The notes: generated by a model from the letters alone, not told the origin. A stretch of 64,000 nt of DNA from Lepidodermella squamata (GCA_047495785.1 JBLDXI010000019.1:1178001-1242000), one strand, 5' to 3'. Shown: positions 40,161-52,739, counted from the stretch's first letter. Translations and numbers: made by a program.

Positions 40161-41557
40161 TAAATAAAAAAAAAGCTTCGTTTTCCGAGGTGAACGAAGT
40201 TTTAGTCGCGCTTTCCTGGGTTCCGCACCTTCGATTTTCGCGCTACTTGGACCAATCGATAAGCAGGTCGACTTCAGTGTTTCCTCCAGCGCCCATTGTT
40301 GGCTTCTGTGCAAACCTTCCGAGCATTAAAAAAAACAATTTGAAACCTTTGAAATATACTTGAAAATCTTCATTGAGTTAGTGACTACCTACTACATTGT
40401 TTTCAGAGATGGAAACAGGTAGCTTTTTTCAACTTAACTTGGTCCATGGCCAGACCTGTTATTTTATGGAAAGTCCCGGTTAACTGTTTTTACCGTTGTT
40501 GTTTTTTAGTGATAAACATTCGTTTTACTGCAAAAGCCTTGAGCCTTGCTCGGTTCACTAATCACTTTTCATTTCTCACCCATGTCCTTTGAGAAGTTCA
40601 TTTATTTATTTACAGTGTGTCCATAGTGTGTCCACATGTTTTTTGCAATATTATAAATTGCAATATTGTTGCCATTCGCTCATTTTTGTGAATTTCTCCG
40701 TGGTTGAACATGATTTGGAAAGCTCTAATTGCCAAGTTTATGTGATTAAAAGGATTTGGGCGTAGCTTGCATAATGACGATGCTGTAAAACGAGGAAGTG
40801 AAAAAATTGAGATGTAGTCAGGTCAGGCCATATTGTGAAGTCATAACAATATAGATGGATAAATATGAAATAAACAATTAATGAGGTGTTTGTATACAAA
40901 TTTACGACAGTGCTATAGTATTCGAGGATGTTGATAGGTTTGTTTGTGTTGGCGGCAGTGAAAATAAATTTGCAGATGGAAGAGAACGACCCTCATAAAT
41001 CGCTGTTTTTTCGTGAACAAGCTCGTAATAACAATCGGGGATATCGATTGTATCAAAAAATCTAAGGATAATTATTTGCAGAGTGATTTATCAGACGATT
41101 TGAGCAATATTCCCCTCATTTTTCCGGTAAAGCGTTGACCAGCGTAGGTAATAAATTTTCTTATTCTCTACTCTTTTGATTTGGCAGTCTCCTGTAACTT
41201 TTTTCATCAAGAAGTAGTCCGCATCTACATTTAACGTATTCCCGCGAATATAACACTAGGTATAATTGTGACTGGAAGCTTTAGAAAGAACTAGGGTTGT
41301 AATCTGGGGAGGAGATTTAGCGAGAAGCAGTAATTTTTCGAACGATCAAAAATTTCCAGAATGGCATATACCGATTTCGATGCCAATTCTAGCGTCATGG
41401 CTTAGCATTCCACGTCATGTGAGCGCTATGGTACGATTCCACGATGGCCGGTTACAGTCCATGGCCGCAATTGAGCGTTAAATGTGACAATTGTGCGTGC
41501 CAGACGTGATTCGTCCATGGCGGATGCCCACGGCAGGATTAGCTAATACGCTCATGG

Positions 41558-41595
41558 CATTTGACATTTAACATTTGACATTTGTCATTTGACAT
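41558..41595. repeat. 7-bp tandem repeat (CATTTGA) x5
   Basis: catttga catttaa catttga catttgt catttga cat. Confidence 0.9.
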
Positions 41596-42176
41596 CGATA
41601 TGATTGATTGCGCCATGGTTCATTCTTCATTAAACCTTCGTCTCAACAGTTTGAGACCATTTAGCGCCATAATTTCGCAAGACACTGCTTCGACCATCAT
41701 CCATCATCCATCTGCTTTTAGGGCATCAGGGAATTGTAAAGCATACTTCTTAAATCCTCCAGAATAAGTATTGAGACTGAAGACTTGAAGATTTGAACTG
41801 GGGAAAGACTAAAATCGGTTCAAATCATGGACTCCAAGCTAAAAGAGCTCAACAATTTCAAAAATTGAGGAAAATCTCATGCGACGAAGGCAAGGTCATT
41901 TTCCATTCTAAAAAATATTAAATTTCAAATTCACAATTTTTTGTTTAATAATAAAGGGTATAAAAAATTTCAATTTGAATTTTTGCCTGTCAGCCGAGGG
42001 CGCCAAAGTTGTGGTTTGTCAGTTGGTTGGCTGTACGATTACCTGCAGCTACTCAGGCTTCGCCGGCGCTGTTACCTGTACAACTTGCGACCTGCGTTTT
42101 ACTTTGACGGGCTACTCCGGTTTTGGGACTTAGGTGCAATCGTTGTCTTCCCTTTAACCCTTGAACGCTCTCAAAA

Positions 42177-42397
42177 ATGGTCAAGGTCGGCCGATTTGAG
42201 GAGGAAATCAACAACATGGTTTTCATTGTTCCAGGTTTGATCGTTTTGGCTGTAGTTGGTGAGTAAGAACTAATCGGCTGTGCTATTTTAACTTATTTCT
42301 TTTGCTTTTAGGATTTTGCGGTTACAAATTATACGCTAGCTATACTGCCAAACAGAAAGCCAAGGAGGAGAAAAAGGCCAAGAAGCTCAAGAAGTGA
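42177..42397 (+). CDS. 55-aa single-pass membrane microprotein with Lys-rich tail (2 exons; absent from ORF track)
   Basis: MVKVGRFEEEINNMVFIVPGLIVLAVV|GFCGYKLYASYTAKQKAKEEKKAKKLKK*; intron 42259-42311 GTGAGT...TTTTAG. Confidence 0.8.
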
Positions 42398-42547
42398 ATG
42401 ATATGTCTTGACTGTAATCTATGAAACATTGTTGTGGTTGTAAGTGGCAAAGTTGATTCCATTTATTTATTTCTTATATACAAAATGGATTGGCTGTTGT
42501 ATCTAGTAAACGTCCCGCTATACATGTTTCATTTCGTAGAGTTTTAA

Positions 42548-44782
42548 ATGAGTGAAAACGAGCAGCTTGTTATATCTGTTAAGGCGGGTGACTCTTCAGC
42601 TCTCAATGGAACAGCTGACAGTAAAAAAATTGACGCTGTTCACGTTGTAAATGATCTCATGATGGTTGCCGAGGAGGACCCCTTGAGCCTCACTCAAGCA
42701 AGAGCATATCGTCGTGAGCTGTTATTTGCCAAGACGTTTTCTCTCCTTCTGTCTGAAGATGGTATCAACCCTAAAGATTTTGGTAATTACGCTTTTTCAG
42801 AGTGAATTTATTGATTTGATTAAATTGATTCTTCCCAACGTTTAGATGACACATCTCGTGAGAGTCTCGTTTTCACTCATTTAAAACTCTACGAAATGAA
42901 ACATGTATAGCGGGACGTTTACTAGATACAACAGCCAATCCATTTTGTATATAAGAAATAAATAAATGGAATCAACTTTGCCACTTACAACCACAACAAT
43001 GTTTCATAGATTACAGTCAAGACATATCATTCACTTCTGAGGCTCCACTTGTTGCGAGTGGTACTCTCCAAGATGCGAAACGCAGCGTTGACAACTGCTC
43101 CCAGTCTTCAACTTCACGATCAATGATGTCTGATAATGTCAGTGATTCGCTGCAGCAGAAAAAGCGTCCACCGTCGGTTAAACGCACCTATGGTCGAGCC
43201 GCTCCGATAACCGCTACAGTTGAAGGTAACAATATATTTTATGTCTGAATGACGGTCGCACTTTTTCGAATTAATCGTAGATCAACCTTCTCCGCCTGCT
43301 AAAAGAACCAACGTGACAACAACGTCTAGCACGGGTGCTCCGAGCGCGGAACCTCCAGCGTTTTCGTCCTTGTCAGAAATCGAGGAATACTTTTATGCAT
43401 CGATTAAAGGAAGTCAGGTAGGTCAAATAATGACAATGGTACTTGCAGATTAAAAATTAATGTTTTAGAGTTACACGGAAGCAAAAGGAGATTACAGATT
43501 TGAGTGCTGCCTGTGCAATCAAGTTTTCGACGATAACGTCAAAATAATAATGCACATGCATTCCCATCTTGGTGACAGTTTCAATTTTGAAGCAAAGAGA
43601 TGCACCAAGTGTTACCGCTGGCTCTATTCGTCGAACGAGTGGAACAAGCATATAAAGGTACGCTACCAAAAAATCGAGCGACGCTTTGATAATATTTCGA
43701 ATTGTTAGGAGCACGCATCAGCGGAAAATGAAAATAGTTTAACCTGCCGGATTTGCGATGTGGATGGTTTTAACGATATTAATGAGCTATCGTCTCACAT
43801 GCAGTCAACCCATGTTCGAAGAGAAATGCCCTATGCTTGTCGGCTTTGTGGATATCGATCATCTCTTTACGTTGACTGTGTCGATCACTTTACAACTGTA
43901 CATGCGGGTTCGAGCTATGCGCAGTGCGCTTTTTGCCTTCAGGTGAGTAGAATCATGCGTGTAGTTTATATTGACCGGAACATTTTTTCTCAGGTTTATC
44001 AACTGAAACCTTCCGCTGCCGGCGGACCCTGCCGAACTGCGAATTTTTTCGAGCATATCAGCCGGCACAATCAAGAGGAAGAATCTAAAGCTAGTTGCTT
44101 CCGCTGCCGTCTCTCGTTTCTTGGATTTGGCGATTTGCCTCGGCATGAGAAGCTTGAACATCAACCGGGACATTCAGTTAATTGTGTAACACGCTTCCCT
44201 CCAAGAACACTTCCAAGGTGAGAGCTTGTTTAAAGCGAGACTTGTCATGTAACGTTTTTGTTTTAAGCTCTTCACAAACAAAATCCGCAGCTGCATCGTC
44301 TAGTGATGCTAACAAAAGCCAGCAAGGCATAGACCTATCTCGCGTAACAATTAACCTTCCTGCTACTTCATCAACCAACGGCCCAGCGCTTTGTCGCGAA
44401 TGTTCTCATCCAATGGCAAAGAAGGGTCATTTCGGCCGATTTACTACGTGTACAGCGATACCTACGTGCTCGTTTGCATCTGCTTGTATTCACGCCATGA
44501 AAAACCATGTCGCGCGTCACCGACGCCAAACTGCGCTTGCGAGCCCGGCAATTATGACAGCGCCTCTTCTTAGCAAGCCGCTTCACTGCCGGTTTGTTTT
44601 AAAATTGATGAAAAAACCCATAGAACTTTTCTATTCTATTATATTTTTATTCTAGATGCGGTTTTTCGTCTGCTATTGGTTCCATTATGGCCGCTCATTT
44701 GTTATCTTGTTCAAGTGGCAACCGCTCATGCTCAAGTGTGCCTTCTGATACCGGTGTCTCTCAATCATCCGCAGCTCGCTAA
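42548..44782 (+). CDS. ZNF280/POGZ-family C2H2 zinc-finger protein without a pogo transposase domain; interrupted by an artefactual insert at 42849-43039
   Basis: 'EMPYACRLCGYRSSLYVDCVDHFTTVH..AQCAFCLQ|VY' matches the POGZ/ZNF280 finger cluster. Exon 2 reads in frame (DEAPLVASG...) once the insert is removed. Confidence 0.85.
42849..43039. other. Probable assembly artefact: PacBio barcode plus inverted copy of 42390-42562
   Basis: ACACATCTCGTGAGAGT at 42849-42865, followed directly by the reverse complement of 42390-42562. Confidence 0.9.
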
Positions 44783-45320
44783 TAATTAACTTCAACTCTC
44801 GTTATTGTTATCACCATCACAGTCTTCTTTGTTATAAACCATGAATTTGAACTGGCCGAATTCGAAAATAAAGCTTGATGAACTCTAATCCGCCTGATTT
44901 GAGAACAAGAACAAGCGAGGCGGTGATCTTTAATGTAATGAAATCTCCGTTGGAAGGAACGCATTTGAGCTTCATATAAATTTTGTATGATCGTTTCAGT
45001 TATGATTATCGAACGACTTATTTCGATGATTGATTTTTGACCAGATTTTTGTCTATTACCAGTGGCCAGACATCATCCTGAATGTATAGTCTTTTTAGTG
45101 TTTACCATATCGCTGGTCTCTTCAAGTGTGTCTGTAATCATTGTTTTGCAATAAATTTTTCGTAAGAAAACCAGCCTGTTTTAGAAATGAGAAAAAGTGG
45201 TGTAAATGAGTAGACGTGGAAAATTAAAAGATCCAGCTTAATAAATCGAGAAATGGCAAAGTTGCAAAATTTAGCCTCAGTTTTGTTCTTATTCGGTTTC
45301 ATCGTGATTTAGCGCTAACC

Positions 45321-46165
45321 ATGCAGACGATCAACCGCAAACCTATCAGTCGCGCTGTATTACATATAGGCTGTATAATGTTAATTATTGCAGCTTCGGG
45401 GTTTGCTCAAGGTGTGTCGACTTATTATTAGCATCGTGCTTATTTTTACGCCATTTTAGACGACGGAAGTGGAAGTGGAACTGCTAGCTCAGGAGAAAGC
45501 GGCTCCGGTGCTGTCGGCCGAGATTTGAGCAGCAGCAGCTCTGGTTCAGGTTCTGGATCAGGTTCAGGTTTAAATTCTGGAAGCGGAGACTCCTCTGGAT
45601 CTGGTGTAACGGAGGGTCCTGATTCGAGCGAAACTGGAACTCCCGATGATAACGGGGAAATACCATCTGGTGGCCGAATTCTCGTCACGACAGTTGTCTC
45701 AACCAAACCTCCCGAACCCACCACCGCCAAGGCCAAGACTCATGGAACAACGCAGCATGCCGATCATAAGAAGGGAATTACTACAAAAATGTGGAAGACG
45801 ACGACGGGCCTGACCACTAAAATTGTCAAAACCACAAACGCCCCATTAACAACGGCAAGGATGAGCCAAGCAACTACCTCGATGGGCAACTCTTTTTCAA
45901 ACGTGAACACCCCACCCCAACCCCAGCAGGAACCACCCCGACCGGATAACAAAAATCCTGAAGAGGTAAAATAGCTATATTTTGGTATGAAATTTTAATT
46001 TAATTTATTTGATTGTTTTAGCCAAAGCTGGATCCATCTGCATTCTCTCCACAACCGCAAGTGGACACTGAAACGACTACAATGAGTCCTAAGAGTATTG
46101 CTGTTATGCCAATAGCCTTCCACGCAACTGTCCTATTCAATGTCTTCATGGTGGCATTGCTCTGA
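45321..46165 (+). CDS. Putative GPI-anchored Ser-Gly proteoglycan / mucin-like surface protein (3 exons)
   Basis: Signal peptide ...LHIGCIMLIIAASGFAQ|DDGSGSG; many SG dipeptides near acidic residues; Thr-rich stalk; C-terminal 'SIAVMPIAFHATVLFNVFMVALL*'. Confidence 0.8.
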
Positions 46166-46476
46166 GTCATGTAAACACAGTCCTGTGACTAAAATCGAAA
46201 AATCGCCTTGTTAAATTCACCCCGAGAAAGCTATTATCCAAGCAAAATATGCAATCCAAGTTAATAAAACACTATCGTTTCGATGTTATGTCAACGGTTT
46301 TTATTGTTTTATCAATCTTATCAATCACAGTGTTGGTATACATATTCAGAAAAAAATAATTTCGAACATTCGGAGAAATATTAACTGATTTCAAACTTCA
46401 TTGAACGCTGCTGCTATAGGCACAAAACGAACCACAGAGGTTAAAAATAAAATATAGCTAATAGCTGTAGCCTCTG

Positions 46477-47103
46477 TTAGCCAACGCGAGCGTCAGACGA
46501 ATCCGGAACTTTTATCTGCAAATGAAAATGAATGATCTCACTATTGCGATTAAACCTGATAGAAACCACTGTACCTTTGTTCCTTCCATCCACTCCGCTA
46601 CTTTTACTTGGCATCCCAGCCGAGAACATTCAGTCCGGTCTTTCGCTAGGTCAAGCATATCCTCTTCGTCATCGCTAATTTTCCTCTGTTCCTTTGAAAT
46701 ACGTTCGAAATCTTGCGAGGAGAAAACCAGATGACACGTTGAACACGCAAGAGTACCTTCACATGCGCCTAGAATTAAAGCAAATCAACAAACCAATAAA
46801 ACATTAGTAAATCCAGGTACCATATCCATCTATATCCACATTATTATCTAATACGATGTCGAGAAATGTTTGACCAACTTCGGCCTTAACCGGAATTTCT
46901 CGATTGTCACCCAAAACGAATACGATATTTGCGAACTTCTTGTCACTGAAGAAAGAGACACCGCATTTTAGATCAAAATAGGTCAAAGACAAATGTTACC
47001 TGTAAAGCCGAGTAGATGTTTGAAGTAAACGGGATTGTCGGAGGAAAATATTTGCATAGAAGTGGTAAGCACGCAGCAAACGGCTACCACTGACAGAGGA
47101 CAT
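46477..47103 (-). CDS. FDX1: Mitochondrial adrenodoxin-type 2Fe-2S ferredoxin
   Basis: Arg/Ser-rich transit peptide, 'IDGYG|ACEGTLACSTCHLVF', 'DEEDMLDLA..SRLGCQ'. Confidence 0.93.
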
Positions 47104-47172
47104 GTGTAAATTGAATAAAAAACCTATAAAAGAAAAGCCTTCTGAACAAGTAACGTGAAAATAATATATTGT

Positions 47173-49240
47173 GACACATCTCGTGAGAGTTGCAGGATGG
47201 ATCCAGCTTTGGCTAAAACAATCAAATAAATTAAATTAAAATTTCATACCAAAATATAGCTATTTTACCTCTTCAGGATTTTTGTTATCCGGTCGGGGTG
47301 GTTCCTGCTGGGGTTGGGGTGGGGTGTTCACGTTTGAAAAAGAGTTGCCATCGAGGTAGTTGCTTGGCTCATCCTTGCCGTTGTTAATGGGGCGTTTGTG
47401 GTTTGACAATTTTAGTGGTCAGGCCCGTCGTCGTCTTCCACATTTTTGTAGTAATTCCCTTCTTATGATCGGCATGCTGCGTTGTTCCATGAGTCTTGGC
47501 CTTGGCGGTGGTGGGTTCGGGAGGTTTGGTTGAGACAACTGTCGTGACGTTCGTTTTTTACTAAATAAGCAATCCACGGAGAAGTCACAAGCACCATTAC
47601 CATGCGAGCGGAGCGAGCATGTGCGCCTGATCGCGTAACATGATGCGCGCGCGCACGCAGAACAATAGAACATAATACAATCACTAATATATGAGAAGGG
47701 CGCTCGTGACTTCGACGTGGATTGCACTTACCATCTGGTGGCCGAATTCTCGTCACGACAGTTGTCTCAACCAAACCTCCCGAACCCACCACCGCCAAGG
47801 CCAAGACTCATGGAACAACGCAGCATGCCGATCATAAGAAGGGAATTACTACAAAAATGTGGAAGACGACGACGGGCCTGACCACTAAAATTGTCAAAAC
47901 CACAAACGCCCCATTAACAACGGCAAGGATGAGCCAAGCAACTACCTCGATGGGCAACTCTTTTTCAAACGTGAACACCCCACCCCAACCCCAGCAGGAA
48001 CCACCCCGACCGGATAACAAAAATCCTGAAGAGGTAAAATAGCTATATTTTGGTATGAAATTTTAATTTAATTTATTTGATTGTTTTAGCCAAAGCTGGA
48101 TCCATCTGCATTCTCTCCACAACCGCAAGTGGACACTGAAACGACTACAATGAGTCCTAAGAGTATTGCTGTTATGCCAATAGCCTTCCACGCAACTGTC
48201 CTATTCAATGTCTTCATGGTGGCATTGCTCTGAGTCATGTAAACACAGTCCTGTGACTAAAATCGAAAAATCGCCTTGTTAAATTCACCCCGAGAAAGCT
48301 ATTATCCAAGCAAAATATGCAATCCAAGTTAATAAAACACTATCGTTTCGATGTTATGTCAACGGTTTTTATTGTTTTATCAATCTTATCAATCACAGTG
48401 TTGGTATACATATTCAGAAAAAAATAATTTCGAACATTCGGAGAAATATTAACTGATTTCAAACTTCATTGAACGCTGCTGCTATAGGCACAAAACGAAC
48501 CACAGAGGTTAAAAATAAAATATAGCTAATAGCTGTAGCCTCTGTTAGCCAACGCGAGCGTCAGACGAATCCGGAACTTTTATCTGCAAATGAAAATGAA
48601 TGATCTCACTATTGCGATTAAACCTGATAGAAACCACTGTACCTTTGTTCCTTCCATCCACTCCGCTACTTTTACTTGGCATCCCAGCCGAGAACATTCA
48701 GTCCGGTCTTTCGCTAGGTCAAGCATATCCTCTTCGTCATCGCTAATTTTCCTCTGTTCCTTTGAAATACGTTCGAAATCTTGCGAGGAGAAAACCAGAT
48801 GACACGTTGAACACGCAAGAGTACCTTCACATGCGCCTAGAATTAAAGCAAATCAACAAACCAATAAAACATTAGTAAATCCAGGTACCATATCCATCTA
48901 TATCCACATTATTATCTAATACGATGTCGAGAAATGTTTGACCAACTTCGGCCTTAACCGGAATTTCTCGATTGTCACCCAAAACGAATACGATATTTGC
49001 GAACTTCTTGTCACTGAAGAAAGAGACACCGCATTTTAGATCAAAATAGGTCAAAGACAAATGTTACCTGTAAAGCCGAGTAGATGTTTGAAGTAAACGG
49101 GATTGTCGGAGGAAAATATTTGCATAGAAGTGGTAAGCACGCAGCAAACGGCTACCACTGACAGAGGACATGTGTAAATTGAATAAAAAACCTATAAAAG
49201 AAAAGCCTTCTGAACAAGTAACGTGAAAATAATATATTGT
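47173..49240. other. Probable assembly artefact (2068 bp): barcode + inverted 45683-46042 + copy of 49617-49798 + direct copy of 45661-47172 (includes a second FDX1)
   Basis: ACACATCTCGTGAGAGT at 47174-47190. The direct copy appears identical at constant offset 2068, and the inverted copy differs only by homopolymer-length indels. Confidence 0.9.
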
Positions 49241-49431
49241 GTTTAAGAGCACAAGAATTCTGACTGGCAGACCTTCTTTGTGAAGTTTTTGTAAACTATT
49301 TTGCGCTGTAGGGTATTTGCCAAGATATTATAAGGTATTTACCATCTGATTTATTTTGAACGAATCTGATGTTGGCAGGCCACCCTTCGAATTAGGGACA
49401 TTTTGCTTTTTTGAGAAATGTGTGCATCGGT

Positions 49432-49518
49432 GCATAGTGTGATCATTTGAGCGTTCTAATTTTTCTACGATGAAAATGCATGTTTTTTTTCTGAAACGCT
49501 CAAATGATCACACGATGC
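49432..49518. repeat. Inverted repeat, 19-bp perfect arms with 39-nt spacer
   Basis: GTGTGATCATTTGAGCGTT (49437-49455) / AACGCTCAAATGATCACAC (49495-49513), extended by GCAT/ATGC after one mismatch. Confidence 0.85.
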
Positions 49519-51262
49519 GTGAGCTGCATGATACCATGCTATCGGCACAAAAAAGCACCTTCCTGTCATTGGCTTGCTAAAAGAATGGCCAACTAACTTC
49601 AAAAATTAGCGCATTAGTTCGTTTTTTACTAAATAAGCAATCCACGGAGAAGTCACAAGCACCATTACCATGCGAGCGGAGCGAGCATGTGCGCCTGATC
49701 GCGTAACATGATGCGCGCGCGCACGCAGAACAATAGAACATAATACAATCACTAATATATGAGAAGGGCGCTCGTGACTTCGACGTGGATTGCACTTAGT
49801 TCAAGTTAGTGGGCAACTGGAATGCTTCTAGCTGCTACTGGTATGCAAATAGCTTCTAATTATGTGCCTTGATGATTTCAGTAGAGTTCAACGGTTTTCA
49901 CTTCAACTATTCAGCCTTCAGTATTTAGTAATCTTTAAATCGAAAATTACGCTGGTTGTAATAAGGATAATGGTTTCACAAAGTTCAATACAAGCTGCGC
50001 CTTAAAGTCTCTGATATCTCAGCACCTGTCGCATCATCTGACAGTTTTCAACAACACTCATCTCTGGCGCAAAGATTATGACCAACCTTTGATCTAATTT
50101 TAGAAAAAAATACCCAATTCAGACCAGTAGCCAGTAGATCAAATATAAAATACCAAATCTACATGTTATGCAGCGTTTCATATGAAAGTGAGTGTGTACA
50201 TAAACTTGAACTAAAAAAAATAAGCGAAAAAGCAGGTTGATGGATATCAAACTACATGAAAGCTTGATTGCTACTGTTATTTAGGGGGATTTTCACATCT
50301 ATCCCATCACCGCCATCGACCATCCGATATGCTCGAAGCATGAAGTTCCTCGGATAAGCCAGAAAGCGCTTTCATTCCTCATCAAGAGTTATGAGTATTG
50401 TTGGATGCTTGAATTGATCATAATGAAAATATTCCAATCAGTAACAAAGAGGATTATAATGATAGATCAGGCTCGTAAAATATTGACTTCTGAGTTCCCG
50501 TTCGCTTGTTTGGTGAGTTAGATTTATCGCACGAATTGATTAATGCACAAACTAGGACAGCGGAGTCATTTTATTTCACTGAAGCTCGGACAATCAATTG
50601 ACAGCTCACTTCATTAAATGTTCCTGACTCACGATCGCCCCCTTCAAAATACTCTTCTACCAAGAAACGGGAAATAGCTCATTCACAAATCAGCCGATTA
50701 GTGTAAAAGCAAATTCTTAGTTAGCGGCTATTAGCGGCAAACGCTGGAAACTGGGAGATGGATTTGGGAGACAGAAAGCAAGAGAAAGCAAGAGAACTCT
50801 CACACTCCTTCGGTGCAAAAACCAAACCGCGGCCCGGCGGAGACTAGCGCGCCACTTTTTTGAAAAAGTAGAAATATTTGTTTCATAAAATTGCAAGAAT
50901 TTTAGTATTTCAATACATGTGGAAGATTTGTATTGATCTCCACTGTTTTTCACAGATGTATTTTATTCCGAAACCAAATGAAATGAATTGATCAAAGCGG
51001 CTCGTTCTCAATTGCGGCGGAACCGTTATATGTATGTCAAAGCAAGTCGGGTCACGTCACGGGTCTACCGCTGAACACTGATATGCTTTCTGAATTCAAC
51101 ATTCGAGATCCGAGTGTCTTAATAGTTGTATTTGATTATCGATTTGTAAGCCAGCGATGTCTGTGAGGCGGTAAAGATTTCCGCGGAATCACTCTTAATC
51201 AGAACATTTTTTCATTTTACGTCTTTTGTTCAGCCTTAGTTTCCTGGCTCATTAACGAAATA

Positions 51263-52739
51263 ATGGATGTTAAGAACTATTTTGACCTTGATAAAGTGTT
51301 TGCATGGATAAATCATGGGGGTTATCGACATGTTGCGATTCAAATGGCCGACAATGTCGTCGCTTATTCACTCGAAGTATTGAAGATGCTGAAGCTTCAA
51401 TTCCCACAAGTTGAATTTGAGCTTTTAGCTGATTCTACCCTTGGAAAGTTAGTAGTGAGCTATTATTTTTTACCTGTAACCAGGAATGCATCTCCATACT
51501 TAGTTTCACAAAACTTGATATTTTAATGAATGATTTTTCAGTTGCTGCGTTGATGCGTTGTCGGCTCTTCATGTGAAAGCCGATGCTGTGGTTCACTTTG
51601 GTCATTCGTGCCTGTTTCCAACTCAGAATGACGGTGCCAACTCAGGAACGGCATTGTGCCGCAACGTAGCTGTTCTTATGGTGTTCTGCGGCGAGAAATT
51701 CGACATGGACGGCCTTAATAACAACTTTGCAGCGCCTCTTGCGCAAAGAAACATTGGAACAAATAAGAAGGCTTTACTTCTTTACGATGTGATATTTCAC
51801 AAGTTTGTCTCGGAAAATATGGCGAGGTTGCACCCCAGCCTAGTAGTTGGTCGACCAGTTGTAGAAAAATCGGTCTGTGACGTTACTGCTAATGAATGTT
51901 CCACAGAAAACAAATGCGAACATTTCCATGCCTGCAGGCGATGTTTCAAGGGCCTTCAGAACAACGAATTAGGCTATACTATCATTTATGTCGGAAAGCG
52001 GAATTCCTTTGAACTGAAAGAAGTCATGACCACTTTTTTGACACTTGCAGAACGAATAATAGTATTCGATCCTTCAGCGCCATCGTCAATTTCGCAAGAT
52101 GAGATATTACAAGAGATCAACCGTGCTTTGGGTCGGAGGTTATTTTTTGTAGAGAAAGTGAGGGATGCGCGATCAATTGGACTGGTTGTTAGTGCTTCTT
52201 CGGCAGCCGCTGTTGTCACTCGTTCTGCTCTGGATTACGCCAAAAATCTCTTGAAAAGCCTTGGTAAAACTGTCTACGTGTTCTGCGTTGGCCGACTAAC
52301 ACCGACCAAATTAGCTGCTTACACTGAAGTGGATTGCTTCGTATTTCTTGGTTGCCCGGAGCGAGCTCTACAAATAGACAGCTCGGAATTCTACAAACCT
52401 GTAGTTAGTTTTGCTGAGATGGAAATGGCGTGCAATGCTGACCGACCGATGAATTACCGTTTTGTGCCAGACCTTACCGATTTGCTTCCCGGTGGATCTT
52501 GTTTCATGGCTCAAGCTATAAATGACTCAGATATTGCTGATGTTTCACTTATTACAAACAATGTTCGGACGATTTCAATGCCGCAAACTGAATCGTTCGC
52601 TGGGGAGCGTCTAGCTCAACGCTCATGGAAAGGTTTGGACGAGTCTGAAGCCGACAAAACATCGGTTCCAAAGCATGTTACCCACGGGCGCAAGGGAATA
52701 CCGATTCGTTACGAGGATGAAGTTCCTCAGGCAAATTAA
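51263..52739 (+). CDS. DPH2: Diphthamide biosynthesis protein 2 (2 coding exons)
   Basis: 'VAIQMAD', 'LADSTLG|NCCVD..ALHVKADAVVHFGHSCL', 'GRLTPTKLA', 'FYKPVVS', DPH2-type C-terminus 'RSWKGL...GRKGIPIRYEDE'. Confidence 0.93.

Noticed and set aside
42849-47190. Shared 17-mer at two inversion junctions as a recombinase site or new mobile-element end
   Set aside because: It matches PacBio barcode bc1003 plus T overhang as I recall it; no TIR, TSD or recombinase gene is present.
48545-49171. Second FDX1 copy as a real tandem gene duplication
   Set aside because: It appears identical even in introns and lies inside a block that begins with a sequencing barcode and chimeric junctions.
50285-50512. 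Exon-like open stretch (TTAG...GTGAGT) on the plus strand
   Set aside because: No flanking exons or homology found; too weak to call.
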